From contig QPGO01000061.1 in the NCBI GenBank assembly GCA_008632985.1, positions 248,001-312,000 of the forward strand: a stretch of DNA of 64,000 nt, given 5' to 3'. Below are positions 13,010 through 24,900 of this stretch, piece by piece; position 1 is the first letter of the stretch, and each line of letters starts with the position of its first letter. The stretch comes from Psammoneis japonica (taxonomy: Eukaryota). The notes beneath the pieces were generated by a model. That model did no database searches, had not been told where the DNA came from, and saw only the letters and a program-made list of their open reading frames with translations. A program made the translations under genes and the position numbers.

Positions 13010-13890
13010 GTGAGTTTGTGCGTTTGGCCGACCGACCGTGCGTCCTGTCACGTTGTGCGGTGCGGTGCGATGCATGAAGAGGAACATCTCAACTTGCATC
13101 TTTGGAGCGTCTTGTCTCCCCCGTGCTTGCCCTGTCATGGTGTCCTCTGTGTTGCACCACACAACCTCAAGAGAGGCATCACCCATCATTGCACCCCAGC
13201 TCATGAAGAGCCCTTGCTTGTTGTTTCCCGAGCAGCTCTGCCAAGCGGTTCTTTTTTCTGCAATGAGCAAGAGACATGACATGAGCAATGCCTCTCCAGC
13301 TCTGTGGCATGATGAGCATGCTTGTTGCCAGAAAAGAGAAGCTGAAAGCAGCACTCACTCAGTCTCCAACATGCTGAGAAAGATGTGTTTTTTGCTCTCT
13401 CCATGCCTCCACTTGTTCTTGTTGGAGGGGAGCAATTGACGGCTCCTTGTGGTGGCCAGCGGCCATGTCCCACACATCCCGCGCACTTGCAATGCGACAT
13501 GCCAAATGCCCAAGAGTGTTGCTGCCCTGCAGACACATTCACTGGGTCTGTTGTTCCCAGGCATTGTCATTGGCAACCCTGTTCCTTCCACCACCATGCC
13601 ATTGCTTTGTCTTTTTGTTGCTTTGAGCAAAGTTCACTCTCCAAAGCCCAACTTGACATTGCGTCAGGAAGCAGTGCTCCCTGACACCATGAGTCATCAA
13701 TCAAGAGCAAGAGTGACCCGACAAGTCATGGGGAAGAACTGTGTCTGGAACAATCTGTCTGGATTTTCTTCCATTGCGGAACGCAACCGCAGCCAGCAGT
13801 CCAAGAGAATCCTTGTGTCGTCCCCAGCAAAAACGATTGTGAACAACTGCTGCTTTGGCTCTCAGTGCCAAAGTGCGCAACAACAACAAC
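13010..13890. repeat. Degenerate TpA/CpG-depleted repeat-derived block
   Basis: Essentially no TA dinucleotides and strong CA/TG excess between two normal genes. Family not recognised. Confidence 0.55.
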
Positions 13891-14026
13891 TATGATGCGC
13901 TGCACAAGTTTGATGAAAAGTGTGGCTATAAACAGTTATCCAACTGCGACTGCTAGCAACATTGTAGCTCATCTATTGTCCACTAAAACGTGCGGAATTC
14001 TTCTCAACAATTTGTTTGTTGAAAAA

Positions 14027-15334
14027 TCAATCCTCTTTAAAAGGACGAACGTCCCGATTGACGTAGCTCTCGACCAGTTCCTTGTAAAACACAGAGATTG
14101 GTGCCTCAGAATCGTCCTTGTTTGGATCCGCATGGGTAATGTAATGGAGAAGCAATTGTCCCACGGTTGCAGCATCCGCACTGTCGTCCTCCTTGTCCTC
14201 CACTGCAACATTTTCATGGTCCATCCACGCTTGTTTGGTCTTGTCTAAAACTGGCTCTTGGCTGTAATTTCCATCAAAGTACTTTACAAAGTTTCGAGTA
14301 CGAATCGCTTTTTGAACATTGGTGGAAGTGTGGTGTTGAATCAACCGTTGGGTAATGTACGGGAGCATGCCATTGTCAATGTCCCAATCAAGCGAGACTG
14401 CCAATTGGGTGGCCATGGCAAAGCACGAATTGTGCAACACGTCCCAGACACCCGTTTCTGGCAATTGTAAGGAAGCAATTGCATCGGCAACATGTTGGAG
14501 CGTGTAGGTTCCCGTGGCAAAGGATTCGTCACGGGGAAACTTGCGTTTGCCATTGTAGAGATTGTCAAAGACATCCACGACAATTTCAACCGACGAAAAA
14601 TCGTCGTCATCTTCATTTGTATGATGATCCAATTGCCAATTGTCCTCATCAAAACGAAGCTGATATGCCAGCAAGGGACAAGACGCTTCGGCGGCGGCAG
14701 GAGTCGGATACAGGAGGGTATAAAAGTGTGCATTGACAAAAATGGCACCCTCATAGTCGTAATCACCGCACTTGGCAAGAATATCCTCATAGTCATTGTT
14801 CAGCAGGGTCAAACGACGGCCGCGGCGACGACGGCGATCGCACGTGGAAACGTCACTGCAGACTTCGGATTTTGCGCATGAAATGCAAGCGCCATTTTCC
14901 ACTTCCATATCATTAACTATAATAAAGACAAGAGCAAACAAAGTAAAATGTGAGAAAAAAACACTCGAGCCAGAAAACTCCCCAAAAATATGTTTATAGT
15001 AGGCGAGGTACTTACCACCTGAAACACACCAGAAAAGAACAAAAGCATTGAAGTGAGAAACAGTACAAGTCGCAATAAGCACACTCAGTTTTCTTGCATA
15101 CTTACAAGAGCCGTCGCTATCCTCAAAACGGTCATCCGAACAAGGACAGAAACCAATTTCGCATTCATCGCTCGGTGGTGAATCATTAGGAGGAGAAACA
15201 GGCCCATCGTTTGGCCCATCGTTTGGCCCATCGTTTGGCTCATCTGAACAGCCATGTACTACAGAAGAATCAAGGACAAGCAATGCCGCCAACACAAGCA
15301 GCAGCAGCGGCCTCTTAACAAAAAAAAGCATCAT
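14027..15334 (-). CDS. Secreted hypothetical protein (probably spliced)
   Basis: Long ORF with signal peptide (MMLFFVKRPLLLLVLAALLVLDSSVVHG), PNDG repeats, Cys clusters and an RRRL motif. GTAAGT donors near 15105 and 15015 suggest in-frame introns. Confidence 0.7.
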   Translation of the reverse strand: MMLFFVKRPLLLLVLAALLVLDSSVVHGCSDEPNDGPNDGPNDGPVSPPNDSPPSDECEIGFCPCSDDRFEDSDGSCKYARKLSVLIATCTVSHFNAFVLFWCVSGGKYLAYYKHIFGEFSGSSVFFSHFTLFALVFIIVNDMEVENGACISCAKSEVCSDVSTCDRRRRRGRRLTLLNNDYEDILAKCGDYDYEGAIFVNAHFYTLLYPTPAAAEASCPLLAYQLRFDEDNWQLDHHTNEDDDDFSSVEIVVDVFDNLYNGKRKFPRDESFATGTYTLQHVADAIASLQLPETGVWDVLHNSCFAMATQLAVSLDWDIDNGMLPYITQRLIQHHTSTNVQKAIRTRNFVKYFDGNYSQEPVLDKTKQAWMDHENVAVEDKEDDSADAATVGQLLLHYITHADPNKDDSEAPISVFYKELVESYVNRDVRPFKED

Positions 15335-16040
15335 GGTCCTGGGCGTCTCGGGGCCTCTCAATTCTTCAATGGGTACGGTACAGCTAAGAAAGAAGAAAGT
15401 GGGCGGGCAGATGTTGAGGTGATGTGCGTTTTTGCACAGGCTGCGAGGCTACCGGAGGTATGTAAATAGTAGCGAAGTATTTTTGCTATTGAAAAATCTC
15501 GACACCAAAAATACTTATCGAAAATCGGCTTTCGTCAGTCACTAAAACACACCCAGTTGCAGCGACTGACGAAAGCCTTTTTTCGATATCTTCAGTTGTA
15601 AGAGCTGTAGAGCAAGAGCAAAGTATAGAAACAAGGTGTCCCATAAGTAATTTATATAGTATACAATCCTGGATGAGATTTCGGAACTCCGGATTAAATG
15701 TCAAATTTATGATACGATTAATGTTTGTATATAAATATAAAAATCAATTAGAAAAAGGCGAATATAACCGTTATTTTTCTTTAAATAAATACCAAATTTT
15801 CAACGACAAACATTCGCTTTCCGCTCACTCCGACCGATACAACATGCGTTTGACCTTGTTCAGCTCGTCGAGAGCTTTCCACAGATGTCTTGGGGTCTGT
15901 GAGGCGATCCTGAAAAAAAGTTCGCTTCTATTCACATACCTCCGGTATGTACGGCTGACGGTGGATACTTTTTACGTGAAAGCTGTACTGAATTCTACGT
16001 CTGTGAAGTATTTGATATTTCTGGTCAGCTCTGTCGAATT

Positions 16041-16181
16041 CACTCCCCAGCGTTCGTAATATATAAAATGCTAAGACACAATAAATTTTAGATACATAAA
16101 ATATTTATTACCGACGTTTCTAAGTAATATAAAATTATATGAATTTACGCAGACCTGCAATCCTCCGAACGCTGGGGAGTG
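16041..16181. repeat. 16-bp perfect inverted repeat around an AT-rich spacer (possible tiny MITE)
   Basis: CACTCCCCAGCGTTCG at 16041-16056 and its reverse complement at 16166-16181. No clear TSD. Confidence 0.55.
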
Positions 16182-16498
16182 TGTCGCAGGCACTGACGTC
16201 GCAAAATTCGTACTCTATCAAATTGTATTCTTACACGAATAAAAGGAATATGTACAATGTTGTACACATTCCAGATGATGAGTCGAACAAATCAATTTCC
16301 AAACCAAACTCACTCCCAACTGGGAGGTCTGTAAGTGGTACGGGAAGAAGACACCAAACTCAATTGGGAAATGGGAACTCTATCACTACTCTAGCTAAGA
16401 GGGTCCAATGGGGTCCTTCAGTCTATCACATGGAAATAGAAGCGCTACTGCAGAGTGCTTTGAGAGTTCTCTCCAACAAAACCGAGGCAGTATCAGCA

Positions 16499-17662
16499 TC
16501 ACATTTCTCCCTCCTCACTGCTGCTGATGCTGTGCTCATCATCATCACAACACGTGCCTAATGATGACGACGACCACCACCACCAAGAGCTTCTTCCTTG
16601 ACAACAATGACCCGACTTGCAGTCACGATTGCGATAGCAAACGTCCCCATTCTCCATGCCCAAGGAACAAACGTTATTTATACAGTACGAGTCCAAACAC
16701 TCGGAATCCACATGGCACGCATGTCCAACCCTCCATCCGTTGGTGCCAAGGGGATAGACGTTTCGGTCGAGATGTGCCTCGAATCGTTTCATATACCAAC
16801 GTATACTGTGCGCATACGGTGAAAACAGCCACCACCAAAACAAAAAGAAACGGGGAGGCGATTGGCCCTCGCCATAATGGACAAGACCACCGGGATCATT
16901 GCCCAAGAGGAATGTTTGTCCACCATTGTCGGCTAGATTCAAAAAGGGTACTAAATCATACTTCAATATCGAGTCCGTCTTGTACTTGACTGTGTTGCGG
17001 AAACGATAGTATTTGTTGGAATCAATGAGACTACACTCGCCAACAATGGTTCCAGGTTGACCAAAGGTAATGACCGTGGGCTTGACATCATCGCTGTTGT
17101 CATCCCACCAAACGGCTGCCGCCAAGGCCGCCATAGATCCGCCGCGAGAATGACCCGTCAAGACAACCTCGCAATCACTGCATGTGGCAACACAATCACG
17201 AATGGCTTGTTGGAATGCCGTTCGAAACGATGTCTTTTGCAATCGCCGTACATATCCGGCTCGTGCCGTACAGCATTTTTCATTAGAACAAATTGGATCC
17301 AATCGCAAATCAAAATTGGGTAACCAATCCACAAGACTGTCGGTTCGTGTTCCTCGAAAGACGCCCCAACACACATCGGCTTCCTTTAACACCATGGCCT
17401 TGTCGGGTTCGTCCACAAACAAAATTGCATCATCCGGCTCGCTATTTTTGCCGAGAAAAATGTCGAGTGTCAATTCAATCGCACGTGCACTTGTTTCCAC
17501 CACGTGACGAGTCAACACAAAGTCGTTGTTGGTGGTGTTTGTACTGTTGTCATTCTTTGCGTGGATCAAATCAATCGACAAGAAACAATAGAATAGTATG
17601 AAAAGTAGTACTAGCTGTGCTGACGTTGCGATGGACAAGTTACAGCGGCAAAGGACCGGCAT
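16499..17662 (-). CDS. Class 3 lipase, secreted/membrane-anchored, with Cys-rich C-terminus
   Basis: VFRGT, VVLTGHSRGG (GxSxG), ITFGQP, D-LVP and AHS motifs, plus an N-terminal hydrophobic segment. Confidence 0.88.
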   Translation of the reverse strand: MPVLCRCNLSIATSAQLVLLFILFYCFLSIDLIHAKNDNSTNTTNNDFVLTRHVVETSARAIELTLDIFLGKNSEPDDAILFVDEPDKAMVLKEADVCWGVFRGTRTDSLVDWLPNFDLRLDPICSNEKCCTARAGYVRRLQKTSFRTAFQQAIRDCVATCSDCEVVLTGHSRGGSMAALAAAVWWDDNSDDVKPTVITFGQPGTIVGECSLIDSNKYYRFRNTVKYKTDSILKYDLVPFLNLADNGGQTFLLGNDPGGLVHYGEGQSPPRFFLFWWWLFSPYAHSIRWYMKRFEAHLDRNVYPLGTNGWRVGHACHVDSECLDSYCINNVCSLGMENGDVCYRNRDCKSGHCCQGRSSWWWWSSSSLGTCCDDDEHSISSSEEGEM

Positions 17663-17809
17663 GACAGCGCTTCTTTCTCATGGGCAACCTGTTGGCATGA
17701 TGTGCAACGTTTGCAATGGCTATTTTGCACCTTCATCCGGGTTTTCTTCAACCGTTTCCGAAAACGGTCGCTGCGCTCCTCCTCTGTCACCATTTTCACG
17801 CACCGAAAT

Positions 17810-20800
17810 CGCTTGCCTCACATCACCATTGTCACATTGTCAAGCCTTTGACTCTGGAATGCTGTTGACAATTTTCTGGTGGCTGCTGCTTTTGCAATGG
17901 TGTCTGACAAATGAATCGGTGTTCATTGGCACTCTTGACTGCACTTCTCTTTCATTTTGAGCGGGTCTGGTGCTGGTGCTGCCTCCGCCACAGCACAGTC
18001 TTTGTGGCCCCGCACTCCTGTGGCCTCTGCTCAGAATGACACCAAGGCAATCTCCAAACTCACATTGCCCTGCCTTTGTCAGGGGCAAAAGACCACTGAT
18101 CATGGAGCCCAGCCCTCTGTGCCCAGCCAGCCAAGAACCTGCAGGCGCAGGTGGTGCATTTGTGCCTGCGCTGATCACAGCATGCTCAAATCCTTTGATG
18201 GCAGCATGACATCGGCAGAGGCTGTGGGAAAAGAGATTATGATGTGTGACAGCAGCAGTGGGCACAGAGCTCAATTGCTGCTGTGTCATCTCTGCTGGGC
18301 ACACTTCAGAGTCTGTCTTGAGCTCTGTTGCCACGACCAGTCTGAGTGGCGAGTCTTGTGGGGCAAGCACGTGTCAACATGTGAAATCTTTTGTCAGATT
18401 GTTTTTTGCCTCAACTCCACCAACTTGAAAAGAGTCCAAGACAGCATGACAAAATGGCGTCAAATTCTTTGCAGAGTCCCACACACTGTTCAGCCTCGGC
18501 AACTTGTGCAACATGAGCACCAACCCTTTGCAGACACACAAGCAAGGACAGCCACACAATGAACCATGTGAGAACAGATTTGGAACAAGCTCAACAAGCT
18601 GATTCATTTTGCACATTGTTTGGTTTCATGCACTGTCCCATGACAAAGCATGCTGTGCACGCTGCTTCACACAGTCAAGCTGCTGCAGCTGTGCTGGGGG
18701 AGGGCACAAGAGAAAAAAGCATGTCATGAGTGCAAAACTTTCAACAGAGGCAGAGAGGATGCCGCCAAAAGCATTTGCAGAAAAGTTGGTTGAAAAAGCA
18801 TGGAGCAAATGGCTTCTGAAACAATGAGTTGTGACACATGAGTGACAACAAAGACCAGTTTGACACAAAAAAATGTGACAAATTCAGTGGCATCATCATC
18901 TCAGCCAACTTTTGCTTTCTGTTCCTGTCTCTTGTTGTGAGACAAAAAGACCATGACACAAATTACATGTGCACATTCATCAGATGCAACTGTGCCATCC
19001 ACAGTGGAAACAAGATGCTGGGTGGTTGTGGGTGTGTGTGTGCTGCGGTCATGAGAGCACCGCAAAAGTCAACAAAAACAACAGCACACTTCCTGACCTC
19101 TTGGCATGTCTAAACACAGCATGACAGTCAACAGCAAAAACAAATCCAACATGTTGTCCATCATGTTGAGCACTGTCTCTTGTCATTGTGTGACAATGCT
19201 CTCAACTTGATTGACCATGCAGCCATTGATGCACAAACAAGGACCAAGTGCCACAGTGTGGGAAGCGCTGTTTTTGTTCTTGTGCTCAGCATTGCATTGG
19301 ATGCAAGTCCAAGTTGCAACATCATGTGCTGCAAATTGTGCAGCTTTCCACGTGAAGTGATTTCCTCATGGGTTCTTCCCATTCCAAGTGAGGACAATGC
19401 CATGAAAGAGAGTGCAAATGTGCTGCACAGCATGTCAGGATCATTCAGTGTAAAACATTGAGCCAATGTGTCCAACAACAAGAAAAGGAGCCACAAAAGA
19501 GTGCACATGTGCAAAAGCAGTGGCAGTTTCTGCAAACAGACTGACAACATTCCATGGCAATCTCCATGATCTGTGTCATGTGACAGTCATCTGTCAAGGT
19601 GTCACCAGAGCAAATGTCGGTGCCATCAATGTTTTGATGCACCCCCCATGTTCAGGCACAGCTCTCTTGCCAACTTGCTTGTGCATTCTTGGAGTGCACT
19701 GCACACCATTGACTTGATGACCCTGGCCCTGACCCCGACCCCAAAAGTTGGGAGCTTCACAGAAACAATTTGACACAGCACAATGCTTGTTTCACCCGCC
19801 TCCAGCACCGTTGCCTCCAGAGATTTGGGTGCCTTTCTTCAGTGCCTCCAATCACCAACCTTCCAGTGGTCCACCATTCCATGATGAGAAAGAGAGCGGG
19901 ATTGTCTTCCAGATCACACACGCTGGCTGTGTTTGGGCGACAACCACTGGAGCAAGAGGGTTGCCATCTGTGTGGTGTGTGGCAGCATTGGGAGGGGTTG
20001 GGGACAATGAGGGAGACAATGTTCACATGGTGGACCAGTTGGTGTCACCTGTGGGAGGCAGCAGGGGAGCATGAGAAAAATGTGTGAGTTGGCAGTTGGC
20101 AGCACCCCACATCATTGTGGCTGTGCTTGGCACAAAATGATGAAAGAATCATCAGAGCACATGCTGCATTGAGGGCAGGAGGAACAGTGTCATGCATGCC
20201 AGTGGACCAGAATGCAGGGGCCACATTGGCACTCCTGACAGCATCTGAGGGAGGCAGTGGAGCATGGGGGGAAATGTGTGTGTTTGCAGTGTCAATTGTT
20301 GTTGATGTTGTTGGCACAAGACAACAACAGCAACAACAGCACCTGTTGTGCCAAGAGCATGAGCAACAGCATCAAGCATGCTGGTCAAAAGAAATGCAAG
20401 GATGGCTTGGCATTCATGACAGCATGTGTGAGAGGCAGTGGAGTGTGGAAATGACAGCATCAGCTTGCACCATCTCATTTTGCGTGCATCAGGTTGTTGA
20501 CAACAGAAGCAGCAACAACATTGCCTGTTGTGTCAGTGTTGTTTGCAACAGTGTCAGTGGGAACAGTGTCCTGGAAAGGCATTGGGGAAGAATCATGAGG
20601 CACCATCATTGTCAATCTGATGTGATGCGTGCCTTTTTTGTGGTTGCGAGAAAGGCCAAAAAGTGTTTTCATCTGGGGTCGGCTCTGGGCCACTTGACAT
20701 TTTGGGGGAGAGTGTGGTTCAGAATTTTTCCTGTCATTGTTGGCATTTGTGTGCAAGTGATGATGCAAAATTCAGTGATGTGATGACATGTAAAATCTTC

Positions 20801-21648
20801 ATGATGTGAGCGTTGCATCACCGCGACATAAAAAAAAACACATTCTCCACTTGCAAAGGGATGGCTGATGAGTTTGTCAGTTTGTTGCCCTGGGATGTTT
20901 GCAGTGCCCCGCTGATTGTGAACGCCTGCCCATCCCCCACTGACACTTCTGTCTGATGCCCAATTGCTCCCATCTGTGCATGCTCTGCTGCGGTGGCAGT
21001 GGCACATGCAGCAAAGCCCCCATTCTTCAAGTTGGCACTTTTCTTGTTGCTTTGGCACAATTGGGAATGCCTGCAACATTGCCATGGCAGAATCAACCTC
21101 ACCCCAAATCTGCGCACAAAAGATCCCAAAGAGCATGTGTGTTGTTTGCCATGTTGGGAAGATCTCTGTTTTGCTTCTTGTTGTCTGTTGCTTGTCATGT
21201 CTTTTCAGCTGTCCTCTTTCAATTGCTTCAAGAGAAAATGCTGACAGTGTCGGCAGATCAGCACGCAAGTTGAATCCAGTGCTTCCGTTCCTCAAATTCA
21301 ATGAAATGGAAACCCAGTTGCACAAGGACGGATTCAACGATGCCCGCCAGAAAGCTGTGGAGAATCCAGAAAACCGGCATGATCACAAGCGCTTTCAAAT
21401 TTTCAAGGAACTGGCCAGTTGCAGCAAGTTGGCATGTGTGGGAGGACCGTGTTGCACTGGCAAAAGCAAAATTGCTTGCGCAATCACCATTTTTCAGCAA
21501 GAGGACTGTGTCACATGCTTGATTGGTGGGAACAACCAGCGGGAATTTGAGTTGGATCTTCTGACAAAAAGACAAAATGCCAGATCCTGAGCGGCTCACA
21601 TTTCATTGCAAATGCTTGCATGGTGGAAATGGCGCCAAGCTTCTTTTC
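17810..21648. repeat. Degenerate TpA/CpG-depleted repeat-derived block
   Basis: Almost no TA or CG. A short segment at ~18570 (CAGATTTGGAACAAG.TCAACAAGC) recurs at ~34358. Confidence 0.6.
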
Positions 21649-21924
21649 TGATAGAAATTGAAGGCAAATGGCAAGAATTCAAACAATGACTCCTCACTGC
21701 TGTCTAAACAGCAGATGAGTCTCTGCTCAGAGACCATCACAGGAGCCGAAAGACGTGTGAGTCGGTGTGATCGGGCTACTGTCATCATTCTTGTGAGCCT
21801 TGTGGCTCGAAAGCAAACTACATCGCACGCGAACGCGCGGAACTAAAGCACACAAAACTGTGCACGGTGAGCTAAATGGCGTGCAACATTTCGCGCGCAC
21901 CCAAATCCTGTTCAAATCCTGTCA
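21649..21924 (-). repeat. 3' LTR
   Basis: TGATAGAAAT...CCTGTCA, colinear without gaps with 28451-28726. Confidence 0.95.
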
Positions 21925-21929
21925 CTCCC

Positions 21930-24900
21930 CAGTTTGCTTGAGGAGCCACAGAAACAGATTCGACTTTGGATGGAATGAAGTTCCAGAACATGAGGGGGCG
22001 GAGAAGGTCCCAGATTTGGGAGTGACCCCAATGCTTGCTGAGAATGTCAGCAGGGTTGCGGGAGCCTTCGATGAAGTGGAGCTCAAGGCAACCAGAGGCA
22101 ATTGCCTCATGCACACGGTGGAATGACAGTGCGGTGTGTCACTTGTGCAACTTGGAGTGCGGGATGGTGGCACTGTCTACAACTGACTTGTTGTCACCGA
22201 ACATGCAACTGACATTGCGGATCGGGACGCCAAGGCAGCGCAGGGTGATGCGCAGGTCGACAATCTGCTCGACACAAGTCCTTGCGGCAACAAATTCAGA
22301 CCCGCAGGTCGCAGTCTCCATGGTGGCTTGCTTCTTAGAGAACCAATCAGCCGGGAATTTGTTGAGGAAGTGGAGCATTCCCATGACAGAGCGTCCGGTG
22401 AGCATGCAATGGTGCAAGTTTGCATCGATGTAGTGGGTGGCAGTGACGAACTTGCCAAGGGGCGGTGGAGCGTCCTTCGGGACCATCTCTTCTGCTTCAC
22501 CGCACACGGAATGCATCCATTCATGGGCCGGAGCAGGGAGATCTGAGTGGTCGGGATCTTCCGTGCGAACGCGAAGAGCGCCATGTCGCATCTTGGAGAG
22601 GTGCCCACAGACGCGTTTGGCACGATCCAAGTGGCCTTGACGGGGTGCAGCTCGGAAGCTAGAGAGTGACATGACGGCCGTGGCAATGTCAATTCGACCA
22701 AGGGACACTGCCCATTGGAGTGAACCAACAAGAAACTGGAACTTGTGAATGCCATCGGGCCCCAGCAGTTCGGAAGTGTCCAGTTCGGGGTGGTCACCCT
22801 TCTCCAGAGGTGACAGGGCGTTGGTGGCAGGTTTCTCCCCAAACAGTCGGGCGCAGCTGTCGACCATGCACTCGATGCACTTGCGCGGAGACAGGCACAA
22901 GGTGCCGTCGGGATCCCGGGATAAGTCACAACCCAGATGGAACTCAATGGGTCCCGCACCCTTGAGCTTGAACTTGTGCTTTTCCGTGAGAGTGTCGACA
23001 AAAGATTGAGGGTCCTTCATGGCAATGGCGAGGTCATCCACATAAACGGCAATGTGTTCACAGTGGTCGCCGTTCCTGCGCATCCAAATGTCGGGTTCGG
23101 CGCGGCAGGGGAAGAAGCCTTCAGCTCGCAGGCAGTCGGCGAAGTGCTCGTGCCAGCGGAGACCGGAGCTGCGCAGTCCATGCATTTCCTTGTGGATGAC
23201 AAGGATGTGTCCTTCAAGTTTGCCAAATTCGGGTCCGGCTGCAATGTAGAGCTTCTCCTTGGTGGTGGCTTCAAGGTGGGCATTGCCAATGTTGGTGGCC
23301 CATGTCTCCAACTCGTTGAGTTTGGCCAGGAAAATCATCAGCCGAAGGCCATGGAGGGAGACCACTCCGGAGTAGACACTGTCGATGGGTGCGTCCGTGA
23401 GGTGCCCATCGGCTGCGAGTCGTGCCTTGTGGCGACCGTCATGTTTCACATCGCACACCAGGTGCACTCGGATCTTCTTGTGTCCCGCAGGAGGAGTGGA
23501 AGACTCGAAGGGCCCGCAGTCATGGAAGACTTCGCATTCCTCGAGTTGGTCCATCTCGAGATTAGTTGCGTCTCCCCATTTGCGGTTGCCGTTGTGTTCG
23601 TCTGGTGACATGGCGTGTTTGCAGTTCCGGGGAATTTCGTGTCCGCACTTGCAGCGAGGTGCAGTGCAGAAGGAGCGAAGCTTGGCTTGGTTGGCCATGC
23701 GAAATGGCTTCTTCTGGCGCCTCGCGATGGTGCGTCGGAACCGCTTCCAGCCATCAGTGTCGAGAAGTCCATTCTCTCGTGCATGGATGGCGCAGGTGAC
23801 GGGGTCGTCCTTGGCGATGATGGCAAGAGGCTCGGACGTGATCTCCCCACTTTCCCATTCAAGCACAATGTTGTAGCTTGAGCCTTTCCAGGTTGGGTCA
23901 TGAGGCTTCAGAGGTCCTTCGTGTGACACGATGCATCGAAATTTCCAAACAGCAGTGTCTTCGTCTTCTTGCTCAATGTGATTCATGATGTCGTTGCAGG
24001 CAAGGACTTCCTTGCATTCGTCATTGTTGACAGAGCAGACGAACCCAGTGAGCTCGGGATTGCCGTTCACTTTCCATTCGTGGTCTTCGATGGCCTTGAC
24101 GATGCGAGCTCTGTGGCGTTGTCCGTCCTCTTGTGGCTGCATGAGGAAGGTGCGTCCGATGATGTCTTGCGGATCGAAAACTGGCATCTTGGGTGTCCTG
24201 ATCTCCCCATCAGGAGAATCGACGGGGTTGTCGTCATGGCGAGATTTGATGATGGGTTCAGGTGGCTCCCCATCAGGAGGATCAAGATGCAGGTTTTGAA
24301 TGGCAGGATCGGTGGCAGCGGATCGTACGTTGGACCGGCAGAGGATCTTCTGTGTCTCGTCAGAGAGAATCTTGAAGGTCATCTGGTGGCCGACGTGCTC
24401 AGCAATGCCAACAAAGCGTCCACACAACTCACGGGATTCGGGCGGCCAATCGGAGTCATCGAGGTGGAAGTGCACGGGTTCCCACCAGTGAAAGCGAAGC
24501 AATGGGCTGATGTCCGGGGTGGAGCCAGTGAGAGTCTCGAGGGGCGTGCACCAGTGGAGACGCGGGGACGCTGTGTGGTTGAGTGTGAAGCACACGCACA
24601 TGAGCGCCAGCAGCCATGTGTGGGCAGGCGAACCGAAACAATCCATGACAGTGTTCGCCATGTGCTTCACGGTCTGGTGTCGACGCTCGGCAAAGTTTTG
24701 GTGTTGCTGGTGAGGCTCACTTTGCCAGCTGGAGATGAAGAGGGCTCGCAGGATCCCGAGCACCTTGTTGCTGATCTCAACTTGAGCACGGTCGCCAATG
24801 AGTTTGGATGGGGCACCACGCTCCCGGATCTGATCCTCGAGTGTGTTGACAAACTCTTTGTCTGTCTTGGTGCTGTAGACGTCAGTGACGGCAGACTCGG

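Noticed and set aside
15486..16561. ORFs in AT-rich intergenic DNA
   Set aside because: No recognisable motifs. More likely intergenic or transposon-derived.
17840..21600. Numerous overlapping Cys/His-rich ORFs here and in 28730-30570, 32500-35200, 37850-42950 and 51500-56760
   Set aside because: By-product of TAA/TAG loss and CA/TG excess. They are open in several frames at once, lack Tyr and show no recognisable domains.
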